Part shown: piece after piece, positions 40,751 through 52,144 of the stretch
How positions within the stretch are numbered: position 1 is the first letter of the stretch
Layout: every line of letters begins with the position of its first letter
Source: Antedon mediterranea
Lineage: Eukaryota > Animalia > Echinodermata
Length of the DNA stretch: 64,000 bases
Direction of reading: 5' to 3'
NCBI RefSeq assembly: GCF_964355755.1
Contig: NC_092674.1
Location: 13,826,001 to 13,890,000, forward strand
Position numbers and translations under genes: made by a program
The notes under the pieces: generated by a model
What the model was told of the DNA's origin: nothing
The model's database searches: none
What the model saw: the letters and a program-made list of their open reading frames with translations, nothing else

Positions 40751-43700
40751 ATGTGCCAATCCAACCCTACAACTGATGTGAAATTTAACCCCTTTGTGGC
40801 ATACGAGAACATGAATATTAACGAAAATGTTGATCCACATTCTCAATTTTATGCTAGTTTAAATGAATCTAATTATTTTGATCCAGAAACATTCTCAGAG
40901 AATTTCTCTAAGCATAACAATGATAAAAATATTTTGTCTACTATCCATTTTAATACACGTAGTCTCTTGGGCAAGATGGATTCTTTAAAACGTTTTCTTC
41001 TTACACTTGAATTTGACTTTGATGTTATTGCTATTACTGAATCTTGGCTACAGTATGACAATAATCCCCTAACAGATATGCCGGGTTATAATATTTTTTC
41101 TAGAAATAGGAAATCTAAGGCGGGTGGTGGCGTAGCCCTGTACGTACGAAACAATGTATCAGTTACTGTCCGTAATGATTTAACAACAGATGAATCAATA
41201 TGTGAATCGATATTTATTGAAATAGAACAGATACATGGGAAAAATATCATCGTGGGAACAATCTATCGTGCTCCGTCTTTGAATATCAATGCATTCAATG
41301 ATATCCTAGATAACCTACTTCATACTCTTTCAACTGAAAATAAGCTGGTATATCTGTTGGGTGATTTCAATATAGATATTTTGCAATATACTTATGAAAC
41401 CACAACTAACAATTTTGTAAACACTCTTTTTAGCAACTTTTATTTACCGCTAATACTTAGACCTACTAGGATAACATCAAATAGTGCTACTCTTATTGAT
41501 AACATATTAACCAACCAGCCTGATTTACACCTCGCTAGTGGTCAGCTCTATTGCGATATTTCCGATCACCTACCTGTTTTTTCTATATCTACCTTAACAT
41601 ACAAAAATACTCAAGCAGTCAGTAGACCTCCAAATAAACCTTTTAGGAAAATTAATGAAAATAACATCGAACAATTTAAACGAGAGCTTAGCGTAATAAC
41701 ATGGAACGATGTGAACTTATTGCAAGAACCTAATCAAGCTTATAATACTTTTGAAACTAAATTAAAACTTTTATATAATAAACATTTTCCAATGACTACG
41801 CAAAGTAAAAAAAACACAAAATTAAAACCTTGGATGTCAAATGGTCTGTTGCAATCTACTAAATATAAACACAAGTTATATGCTAAATACCTAAATAATC
41901 CTACCAATCATAATAAAATAAAATACACTAAATTCCGTAATACCTTAAATTCACTTATTAAACGTGTTAAAACCGAATACTATCAAAACAGATTCACTCA
42001 ATGTCAACATGATATTAAAGGTACTTGGCGCGTAATTAACTCCTTGATTAAAAGGTCTCCGAATTTGAATACGAAAGTTGTTCTAACAGGCAATAATGGT
42101 GAATCCATTGAAGACCCGTCTCAAATCGCAAATGAATTCAATAAGTTTTTTGTCAAAATTGGACCAACTCTTTCAAAAAAATTGCCAACCGATCAATCTG
42201 ATTTTAAAACGTATTTGCCCTTACCTACTTTAAACTCTTTATTTATGTGTCCAGTGTCTGATACAGAAATTATAGATATTGTCAAGTGTTTTAAAACTAA
42301 TAAAGCGCAAGGACTTGATGAATTCAGTCCAAAAGTTATTAAACAATCAATTTCCCTTTTGGTTAAACCTCTATGTCACATATTTAATCTGTCTTTAACA
42401 AAAGGAGTTTTTCCAAATAAATTGAAATTGGCAAGAGTTACTCCCATCTTTAAAGCAGGAAAAAAGAACACTTTATCTAATTACCGACCGATCTCAGTCC
42501 TTTCGCTATTTTCTAAAATATTAGAAAGAATTATCTATAATAGAACCTATGCCTTTATGGAAAAAAATAATATTCTATTCAATAAGCAATTTGGATTTCG
42601 CAAACATTTTGATACCGCAATGGCCTTAATTGATTTGTCCAATGAAATAATAGATGCATTTGAAAATGATGAGTTTGCAATTGGTGTTTTTGTCGATCTA
42701 TCGAAAGCATTCGATACCATTAACCATCCCATTCTTCTTTCAAAACTGTATCACTATGGTATTCGCGGTGTTCCTCTCAATTTATTTAAGAGCTATTTAT
42801 CCAACCGCTACCAATGTACCAAGTTTTGTGATTCCCAATCTGACTATTTGCCTATTACCTGTGGAGTACCACAAGGTTCATTACTAGGTCCTCTTCTGTT
42901 TCTTTTATATGTGAATGATATTTACAATTCGTCAGTATCTTTATCATACTTTTTATATGCAGATGACTCAACACTAATCTGTAAAAATCGACACTTAGAG
43001 TCGTTATTTAACACTGTAAATACAAGTTTAATTAATGTATCCGAATGGTTTCTGGCAAACAGCCTTTCTGTAAATCTAAAAAAGTGCAGCTATGTTTTGT
43101 TTAGAAGTAGTACGATGCCGATTAAATTAGGTCCATTGCAAATTAAACTAAATGGTTCTGTTCTCCCCATGGTCAATCATGCAAAATTTTTGGGTGTATC
43201 CATTGATAGTCGTCTGACATGGAAACCCCATGTTATTGAGACAGAAAACAAAATCTCAAAAAATATTGGTATAATTTGTAGACTGGCATCTTTTCTTCCA
43301 CATCATATTCTCCGAACACTCTACTGCTCCCTTGTTTTGCCATATCTTTTATATTGCAATATCGTTTGGTGTAACACATTCCCATCTAATTTAAATAAAC
43401 TTCAAATACTACAAAAGAAAATCATTCGAATAATTTCGAATGTTTCACCTAGAACTAGTACAGATCCTTTATTTCGTTCTCTCAAATTATTAAAATTAAC
43501 AGATATTAATATTTTCCAACAATGTTTATTTATTTACAAAAGCCAAAATGCTCTTCTTCCATCTCATTTACGCGATATGTTTTCTCCCAATTATGAATTT
43601 CACGGCTATTCCACAAGAATCCTCAATAACCTTCATATTCCTAAACATAAAAAGACTTCTTTTCAACATAATATTAGATTTACTGGACCCAAGATATGGA

Positions 43701-43783
43701 ACTCACTTCCTAACAAAATTACAACTTCTGCAAACAAACATAGCTTCGTCTTTAACACTAAACAATATCTAATACAAAAGTAA
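40751..43783 (+). CDS. LINE ORF2: AP endonuclease plus reverse transcriptase, intact 1010 aa
   Basis: NTRSL, ITESW, YRAP, GDFN, SDH (APE); [36 protein letters not shown] (RT). Confidence 0.95.
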   Translation: MCQSNPTTDVKFNPFVAYENMNINENVDPHSQFYASLNESNYFDPETFSENFSKHNNDKNILSTIHFNTRSLLGKMDSLKRFLLTLEFDFDVIAITESWLQYDNNPLTDMPGYNIFSRNRKSKAGGGVALYVRNNVSVTVRNDLTTDESICESIFIEIEQIHGKNIIVGTIYRAPSLNINAFNDILDNLLHTLSTENKLVYLLGDFNIDILQYTYETTTNNFVNTLFSNFYLPLILRPTRITSNSATLIDNILTNQPDLHLASGQLYCDISDHLPVFSISTLTYKNTQAVSRPPNKPFRKINENNIEQFKRELSVITWNDVNLLQEPNQAYNTFETKLKLLYNKHFPMTTQSKKNTKLKPWMSNGLLQSTKYKHKLYAKYLNNPTNHNKIKYTKFRNTLNSLIKRVKTEYYQNRFTQCQHDIKGTWRVINSLIKRSPNLNTKVVLTGNNGESIEDPSQIANEFNKFFVKIGPTLSKKLPTDQSDFKTYLPLPTLNSLFMCPVSDTEIIDIVKCFKTNKAQGLDEFSPKVIKQSISLLVKPLCHIFNLSLTKGVFPNKLKLARVTPIFKAGKKNTLSNYRPISVLSLFSKILERIIYNRTYAFMEKNNILFNKQFGFRKHFDTAMALIDLSNEIIDAFENDEFAIGVFVDLSKAFDTINHPILLSKLYHYGIRGVPLNLFKSYLSNRYQCTKFCDSQSDYLPITCGVPQGSLLGPLLFLLYVNDIYNSSVSLSYFLYADDSTLICKNRHLESLFNTVNTSLINVSEWFLANSLSVNLKKCSYVLFRSSTMPIKLGPLQIKLNGSVLPMVNHAKFLGVSIDSRLTWKPHVIETENKISKNIGIICRLASFLPHHILRTLYCSLVLPYLLYCNIVWCNTFPSNLNKLQILQKKIIRIISNVSPRTSTDPLFRSLKLLKLTDINIFQQCLFIYKSQNALLPSHLRDMFSPNYEFHGYSTRILNNLHIPKHKKTSFQHNIRFTGPKIWNSLPNKITTSANKHSFVFNTKQYLIQK

Positions 43784-45734
43784 ATTAATTAAATAGTTAT
43801 ATTCTAGGTATCAGTTTTTTATTGTTTTCATATTCCGTTATGGTAATTACTTTATTCCTATATACCATTTACTATTATTTACTAATTTGATTTTAGTTAC
43901 TTTTTGTTTTGTTCAGGCACTTTCAACACAAGCTTTTGCTTTTTAGAAATTGTGCCTCCTTCATAATATTGTTTTATTCATGTTAAAGATGAGAAAAAAA
44001 AAATTGTATTGTTTTAACTATCTTTCTTCTCGTCATGAATTTTGTGTATTATATTATTTATTTTGTATATTATGAAGGAAATAGGCCTAAATGTTATTAT
44101 GAAATGAAATGAAATGAAACAGAGTTTTTTCTCCTGTTACTCGGATATTGTACTTAATTTTTGTTTTATTTATTGTAATACGCCGTGTTCTTTATATTTT
44201 TACATATATTGTACATTGTTTTTCAATAAACAGTGCGGAGGATTCAGGTAATTTTTCTTTAAATGGTAACACCGCGGCTTTAAAATGTATATTGCTTATA
44301 AAATATAAACCCTTAGGCCTAAACAATATTGGTAATAACCGTGAATAATTTTAGACAGCACTCAGGCAAAAACTAAGTCGCTTCTTCAAAAAGAAGTTGT
44401 TTTATAAGACGATACCACAGTACGGGTGTGAAGTGGAACTAATTCGCCTTAAAATACTAGTTTAAAAAATATCATAATTAATTAGCCTTTTAAATAGCTG
44501 ATAATCAGAGATGTGCGCGCGTGCAATTTAACCATCTAAATGAATATGTATTTACTAAAGCTAAAATTATGTTTTCTATTAGAGAAACTTTGTTGTTATG
44601 GGAACATACTAATGGTTGGTGTAACTTCACACTAACGATATATTTAAACATTACATTAATTAGTCTCCTTTACATAGACCTTTGTCATAGGCGATGATTT
44701 GAAATTCAGATAGTTTTAGTATTGATATTATGTTACTGAGGTGTAGTAGTATGCTACATGCAATGTGGATTGTTGAACATTTTAATGTATTGATGATAAA
44801 AGTATATTATTATTGTAACCGAATTTGTCATGATTTACGATGAATTTAAATCAGTTTTTGCATCATGTTATGAGGTATAGTAGTATTATATTATTATTGT
44901 AACTGAATTACCATTGTTAAAGTTTTATAGAATACTGGTAAAATACTGGTAAGTAATGTCCCACACTCCACACTAAACATGGCCATGCATTTAATACTGA
45001 ACATTGTATTACATTGACAAGTCAGAATGTTATAATGTACTTGGTATGGAAACTATACTAAATGACCAAATAGTGACATACACTTTTGTCAAATCATTTC
45101 CTGTTTTGAATCGTTGGATTGATTTAAACTATATGAAACTATTTTAACAATAATATTGTTTGTACATTATACGTATGATGTAGTAATTCTTTGTTTGTCA
45201 CTGAAAGTAATGGTAAATGTATAATTTGTAAAGTGTCCGATATCGTATCTTTATGTGTTGTCAGTATGCTGTTATTTACGTACCTATAGACAACACCTTC
45301 CCCGCGATTATGTGTACATTTAATAAAGAAAGAACAATACTTAAAACTGTTACGTAAAAAAAGGCCAGCGGCATTAGATGAGTTAATATTATCAACATGC
45401 ACAAGTACCTTAAATTGAATTCTACAATGTAAAGGATTCCAATGAAAACAAAAATGGTCCTGCTCTAAAACGTAGTGACAACTCAAATACAAGTTATTTG
45501 GTAAGATCTTGCTTGAAGGTATCCATTGCTTTAAAAGACAACGAAGTAAACTATCTTTGATAACTGACTTTCCAAAGTCAATATTAACCTTGACAAGGCA
45601 CCGGTGTTCCGAACCATAATTATGTGAGAGGTACGATCGACCGCCGTGCAGTTATCGGCAGTACAGTCATCCTCGCTACAAATTACAGTATCTATAATAT
45701 GACCCGCATTGTGGTTGGTTTATTTACCTATATT

Positions 45735-46769
45735 CCTTACAATTAAAACACCTTTCTTTCTTAATAGTCTGATCCCTGAAGTTAACTCAAATGAGCTTTT
45801 CAAAATAAATATGATTTGTTCATAGGTACATCATCCAAATTGAAATGAATTCACTTCATAATTAGAGTATTTTATATTGTAAGATAATGACATTTTATCT
45901 TGACCCAATACAAATCAAATGCAAATCATAAGAACATATTACTGTATATTTCTATTAAATACATTCTTGTTCAAAATACCTGATGTTTTGAGAGATAATT
46001 AGCATATTTTATATGGCATAATTAGATGACATTTGACTTTGACCCCATATACAACTCAATTGCATCATTCTGAATATTTAGGGTCATATATTAAATACAT
46101 TCTTGTTAAAAATACCTGATGTTTTGAGAGTTATTTTCAAATTGTATATAGTGTAATTAGATGACCTTTTGTACCTTGAACCCTAATACAACTCAATTAC
46201 TGTACATTATTCTAAACCATTATAAGCGTCATGTTTAGGCCTATATTTGTACTTATAGTTATACATTCTTATTCAAAATACCTAATGGATTAAGAGATAA
46301 TTAGCATATTTTAGAGGCCATACTGGAATGACCTTTAACCTTGACCCCAAAGACAAATCAAGTACATTATTTTAAATCTTTAGGGTCACATTTATATTTG
46401 TACTTATACATTCTTATTCAAAATACCTAAGAGATTAAGAGATAATTAGCATATTTTAGATGCCAAACTGAAATGACCTTTGACCTTGACCCCAAAGAAA
46501 AATCAAATATATTATTCTGAATCGTTGGGGTCATGTTTATATTTGTGTTCAATACATTCTTATACCAAATTCTTTATGGTTTAAGAGATAATTGGGATCA
46601 AAGTTGTAAATTGGCAGCCATTTTGATTTTATGCAAATTAGGTAATTTATAATAGGCAGATCAGGGTAGATTTTGGATATGATAATATCTACATATAGTT
46701 GAGCATGTTTCAGCAAAAAAACAAACTGTTGCAATTTGTTTGACTGAAAAGTCTATTTCCACTCATCTA
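45735..46769. mobile_element. Non-autonomous DNA-transposon fragment (Academ-like) with ~135-165-bp internal repeats
   Basis: Five TGACCTTTGACCTTGACCC-type units (45888, 46027, 46161, 46329, 46473); ends in ...CATCTA; module homology stops at ~45733 and resumes at ~46770. Confidence 0.45.
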
Positions 46770-47448
46770 GATAGATAAGGTGGGTATCCAAGGCAGAGAT
46801 TTATGACGAAGTTTTTCTATTGTGCTCGCCTATGTCAAAATTAACCATAATTTATAATAGATAGATACATACTGTACTTTATAATAATATTTAATGATAT
46901 ATTGTTAATATAATATTTGCTTATATAGCGAAGTACCCATTATTTACAACCATACAGTCTTAACAAAATCTTAGAATATCTCTTGCTAGATTAGATGAAT
47001 TAATAATTATGAACATGCACAAGTACCTTAAATTGAATTCTACAATGAAAATGATTCCAATGAAAAAAAAAGTGGTCCTGCTCTAAAACGTAAAGACAAC
47101 TCAAATACAAGTTCTTTAGTAAGATCTTGCTTGAAAGTATCCAGTGCTTTAAAAGACAACGAAGTAAACTATCTTTGATAACTGACTTCCCAATGTCAAT
47201 ATTAACCTTGACAAGGTACCGACCGGTGTTCCGAACCATAATTATGTGAGAGGTACGACCGCCGTGCAGTTATTGACAGTACAGTCATCCTCGCTACAAA
47301 TTACAGTATCTATAATATGACCCGCATTGTGGTTGGTTTATTTACCTATATTATTACCGGCACGCCCATTAAATTGTAAATAAATACATTTTTTTAAATC
47401 ACACTGAATTATATAGCACCTGTTATTAATAATATTTGTAACACTTAC

Positions 47449-47547
47449 ATTGTTTGGAAGATCCACTTTAGCACCTGCCTTGAGCAAAATAGTGCAAACG
47501 TCTGTGTGGCCCTTTTGTGCAGCCACATTTAAAGGCGACCATCCATC
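47449..47547 (-). CDS. Ankyrin-repeat exon E4
   Basis: TTTCAG| 99 nt |GTAAGT, phase 0/0; DGWSPLNVAAQKGHTDVCTILLKAGAKVDLPNN. Confidence 0.9.
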
Positions 47548-48035
47548 CTGAAATAATAACACACATCATGTTATATAAGTAGTAGCATAGTCTTCTACAA
47601 AAAGCTATTTAATATTGTATTGAAATCTTTTCGATGTGATCAAGTAAAACTAACTTAAAAGCCAGGTGAGGGCAAACAAATTCTATTGATCTTGCATTCC
47701 AATATCTATAGTTTCAACTATGTTACATAATGTTTGTGAATTTATTTGTGTTACACGAGCTTGTTGAAAATATGCACTTTATTATCATGGGGGATAGTTC
47801 AAATTACACAATTAAATCTCTATTCAGTTGGACACAAATGTTGTAAATAGAGAGGCAATTTAAAAAAAAAATAAAATAAACAGTGTGGTAAAAAATCATA
47901 GGACTAAATATAGATAATACTTCATAGTTTTATTTTCATGCTGTAGCAAAAATTATCCACCGTATATCCACCATCTTTTTTCACCTTCTAGGGAGTCATC
48001 AGACATGTAATTACATTAGGTTAAACTACTTTTAA

Positions 48036-49156
48036 AATGGACCTGAAATGGAATTTCGATTTTCAAGAAATTCACACATGTTATTTAAATGTATCAAATT
48101 AACACAAACCCATACAAATAAAAACAAAATGTATAGTATTTTGAGTAAAAACGAAATGTTAAGATACCATGGTAAATTAGCGAAAATTACTCACGCCATA
48201 TCAATATTCTATTTCAACGGCCGTCGGAAGCCTCTATATTCACGACGTCACATATACACACGATGATATCGAGAGCGTGTATTCCGCCCGATAGTCAGTG
48301 AATGATCGACGGCCTGGAAAGATACGCGAAGCGTTGACACTAATACTAATTTATTCAATATCTAATGTTGTTGAAATATAGGTCCCTAAAATGTAATTCG
48401 TTTGTTCTAAACCCCGAATTTAGAAGGCCAACCTCCCAAACCTTTACTAGGCCTAGGCCCCCCAATCCAGTGCGCGGAGTCGATCCACCACCCACATCAT
48501 GCGGCGAGGCTCCGTTTCATGTGCATCCAAGACCAAAGCGATATCAACAACTTGCTGCGCTCATTGTCAAGCCAAAGTAAAATATGAATAAAATTCGTTT
48601 TCGAACTGCCTGATTCGTGACAAATAAATTATCATCTCATATTACTAATTTAATTCTGCTAAACTAAAAACTAAAAAAACTAACACATTTTAGCAGTATA
48701 AATTACGAACGATACAAAATACACGAACGGAAAATATGGATACACATCATTGCGCACGGAGCTGTATCCCGGACAACGTTGCCAGGCCAACTTCGGTATT
48801 GCCAGAAAAAAACCGTTGATTTTAAGATTTTAAATCGTCATTTACTCGATGAATAACCGTTTATACGGTAATAATTTTATCTAAAAAAATTCTAAATACG
48901 TTTCTGCAAATGCACAAGCAAGAAAATACTCCATAGATTTCAAGAGTTATAGCCAAAAAACTGCAAATTGTCCATTGGAGGGATAGGAATATATTCGCAA
49001 AGTGACGTCACCCGCGATTTTTTTTTATTTTCAAATGGGGCTTTCCCCAAAAGGGCCAACTTATATTTTGTAACAATATACATTCTAGCAACACCTAATA
49101 GCCCCCAAAACATTATTCTAAAATGAAAAAAATCGAAAATCCATTTCAGGTCCATT
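48036..49156. mobile_element. Kolobok-type non-autonomous DNA transposon
   Basis: TTAA TSD (48032-48035, 49157-49160); 28-bp TIR AATGGACCTGAAATGGA(A/T)TTTCGATTTT with a purine-purine terminus, unlike the CC ends of piggyBac. Confidence 0.75.
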
Positions 49157-49340
49157 TTAAGTAGTTAAACTCGTGCGTTTTTAGAAACCACATCGTTATC
49201 CCGAAGCTACTGGAACCATTTGATTAGGCTTCCCCACTACCTGATTGGATTCATTTTACCGCTACTTGGAGGGAATATGTTTTTTTAAATGTTTTTTATA
49301 ATCAAATGAAAATCTCCATTTATTGTATCATTTTGCATAA

Positions 49341-49427
49341 CAAGGCCAACAGCCATAAGTCGCGTGCTAAAATGCATAGTGATACCGACCGACATAGTGA
49401 ACTATAGAATCGCGTCCACGCGACTAA
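49341..49427 (-). mobile_element. Short Helentron/DINE-1-like element (copy 53451-53537)
   Basis: Minus strand TTTTTAGTCGCGTG...GTCGGTCGG...CACGCGACT-short hairpin-TTGTT; inserted in a T-run without TSD; empty sites at ~7065 and ~18203. Confidence 0.65.
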
Positions 49428-52144
49428 AAACAGTGTTGCTCTACAGCACAATACAATGCAAAGACAAAAAACTGAAAAAAAAAACACGACATATCATTCT
49501 CTAACATTCAGTGCCCTAATTCAGTGGCATATGGTAACAATGATTACGGAATTTATTACGAGAGGTGATGGACGTTTTCTTTGAAAATAGTGCATTGGAT
49601 AGGTTGGGTGTTTCAAAATTTAATGTGTTTCCTCAGTAAAGTCATCTCTTATAAAAAGGAATCAAATTGAGATTTGCTTAATTATAACTACTGTAGTCTA
49701 TATACCTGAAGCATAACTAACAATACGTTCCAGCTAATTCTTACATGGTGAATAATACTTTCAATGACAGATTTATTTTTTTTAAAAGACGTAGGCCTAT
49801 GGGAGGGTTAACTACAAAAGATTAGAGTCTACGCAAAAGTAAAGCCTATTTAAAACTCTCAGTAATGAGGTCGTGCCATTTAAGATCACTACGGTAGTGA
49901 TTTATTTGCAATCTCAACTTCAGAGTGGGTACCGTACCGTATTTCATTTTTTAGGTGATTTTCCTTTTTTGTGAGTTACTGTGGGTTGAATATACTGTAT
50001 GGGTTGAAAAAGGTCGTAAGATGTTAGTTCATTAGTATCTAGAGTAGGCCTACTGCAAATAGGCCTATGTCAATCTATAATAATAACCCACTACTCTAAT
50101 ATTAACCCATGGGGTTACTATTAGAGTCACAACAAATTATGATGCAGCTGTAATTTGAAAATAAGGAGATAATGCATGTTGATCTCGGGAGTGAGGGAGG
50201 ATCGAGTGTTTTTGAGTTCAACCAAATTTGTTTATTTGTACTGTTTTATTGTTTTACATTGAGTTGCTGACCAGAAAAGTTTGGGGTGGGTTACTATTTT
50301 CAGGTGCCTAATTTAAGATTAGTAATAGTAACCCATTACTCTAATAGTAACCTCCTTCCAATAGTAACTCACCCTAAAAAACAATCAAAGAATAATAACC
50401 CAGGGTTACAATTAGAAGATTTACGGTATATAGAGTACTGCTAACCATAATAGTAGGTAACATTTGTAATTGAGGGCGTTTTATTTGACACGACAAAACA
50501 TGTGAACTCCCGAAAAATGTACCGTGTTATAATGTAGTATATTGTAAATGTTGACATGACATAATAAACATTGACAGTTCTTTCTAACAGAGTTTTTTCT
50601 CGTGTTACTCGGATATTGTACTTAATGTTTGTTTTATTTATTGTAATGCGCCGTGTTCTTTATATTTTTACATATATTGTACATTGTTTTTCAATAAACA
50701 GTGCGGAGGATTCAGGTAATTTTTCTTTAAATGGAACACCGCGGCTTTAAAATGTATATTGCTTATAAAATATAAACCCTTAAACAATATTGGTAATAAC
50801 GGTGAATAATTTTAGACAGCACTCGGGCAAAAGCTAAGTCGCTTCTTCAAAAAGAAGTTGTTTTATAAGACGATACCACAGTACGGGTGTGAAGTGGAAC
50901 TAATTCGCCTTAAAATACTAGTTTAAAAAATATCATAATTAATTAACCTTTTAAATAGCTGATAATCAGAGATGTGCGTGCGTGCAATTTAACCATCTAA
51001 ATGAATATTTATTTACTAAAGCTAAAATTATGTTTTCTATTAGAGAAACTTTGTTGTTATGGGAACACACTAAGTGGTTGGTGTAACTTCACACTAACGA
51101 TATATTTAAACATTACATTAATTAGTCTCCTTTACATAGACCTTTGTCATAGGCGATGATTTGAAATTCAGATAGTTTTAGTATTTATGTTATGTTACTG
51201 AGGTGTAGTAGTATGCTACATGCAATGTGGATTGTTGAACATTTTAATTTATTGAGGATAAAAGTATATTATTATTGTAACCGAATTTGTCATGATTTAC
51301 GATGAATTTAAATCAGTTTTTCCATCATGTTATGAGGTATAGTAGTATTATATTATTATTGTAACTGAATTAACATTGTTAAAGTTTTATAGAATACTGG
51401 TAAAATACTGGTAAGTAATGTCCCACAACCCACACTAAACATGGCCATGTATTTAATACTGAACATTGTATTACATTGACAAGTCAGAATGTTATAATGT
51501 ACTTGGTATGGAAACTATAATAAATGTCCAAATAGTGACATACACTTTGTCAAATCATTTCCTGTTTTGAATCGTTGGATAGATTTAAACTATATGAAAC
51601 TATTTTAACAATAATATTGTTTGTACATTATACGTATGATGTAGTAATTCTTTGTTTGTCACTGAAAGTAATGGTAAATGTATAATTTGTAAAGTGTCCC
51701 ATATCGTATCTTTATGTGTTGTCAGTATGCTGTTATTTACGTACCTATAGACAACACCTTCCCCGCGATTATGTGTACATTTAATAAAGAAAGAACAATA
51801 CTTAAAACTGTTACGTCAAAAAGGCGAGCGGCGTTTATTGTATGTAATATGTTAGATGAGTTAATATTATCAACATGCACAAGTACCTTAAATTGAATTC
51901 TACAATGTAAAGGATTCCAATGAAAACAAAAATGGTCCTGCTCTAAAACGTAGTGACAACTCAAATACAAGTTATTTGGTAAGATCTTGCTTGAAGGTAT
52001 CCATTGCTTTAAAAGACAACGAAGTAAACTATCTTTGATAACTGACTTTCCAAAGCAAAAATTATCCACCGTATATCCACCATCTTTTTTCACCTTCTAG
52101 GGAGTCATCAGACATGTAATTACACTAGGTTAAACTACTTTTAA

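Larger units (their letters stand above)
39888..44117 (+). mobile_element. CR1/L2-group LINE, 5'-truncated in ORF1, recent insertion
   Basis: TSD AACAG (39883-39887, 44118-44122), (TGAAA)n tail, empty site 'tttctaacagagtttt' at 50581-50596. Confidence 0.93.

Noticed and set aside
40751-43783. RT as part of a diversity-generating retroelement acting on the ankyrin exons
   Set aside because: It is an ordinary APE-RT LINE with TSD and tail; exon differences are not adenine-specific and no template repeat is present.
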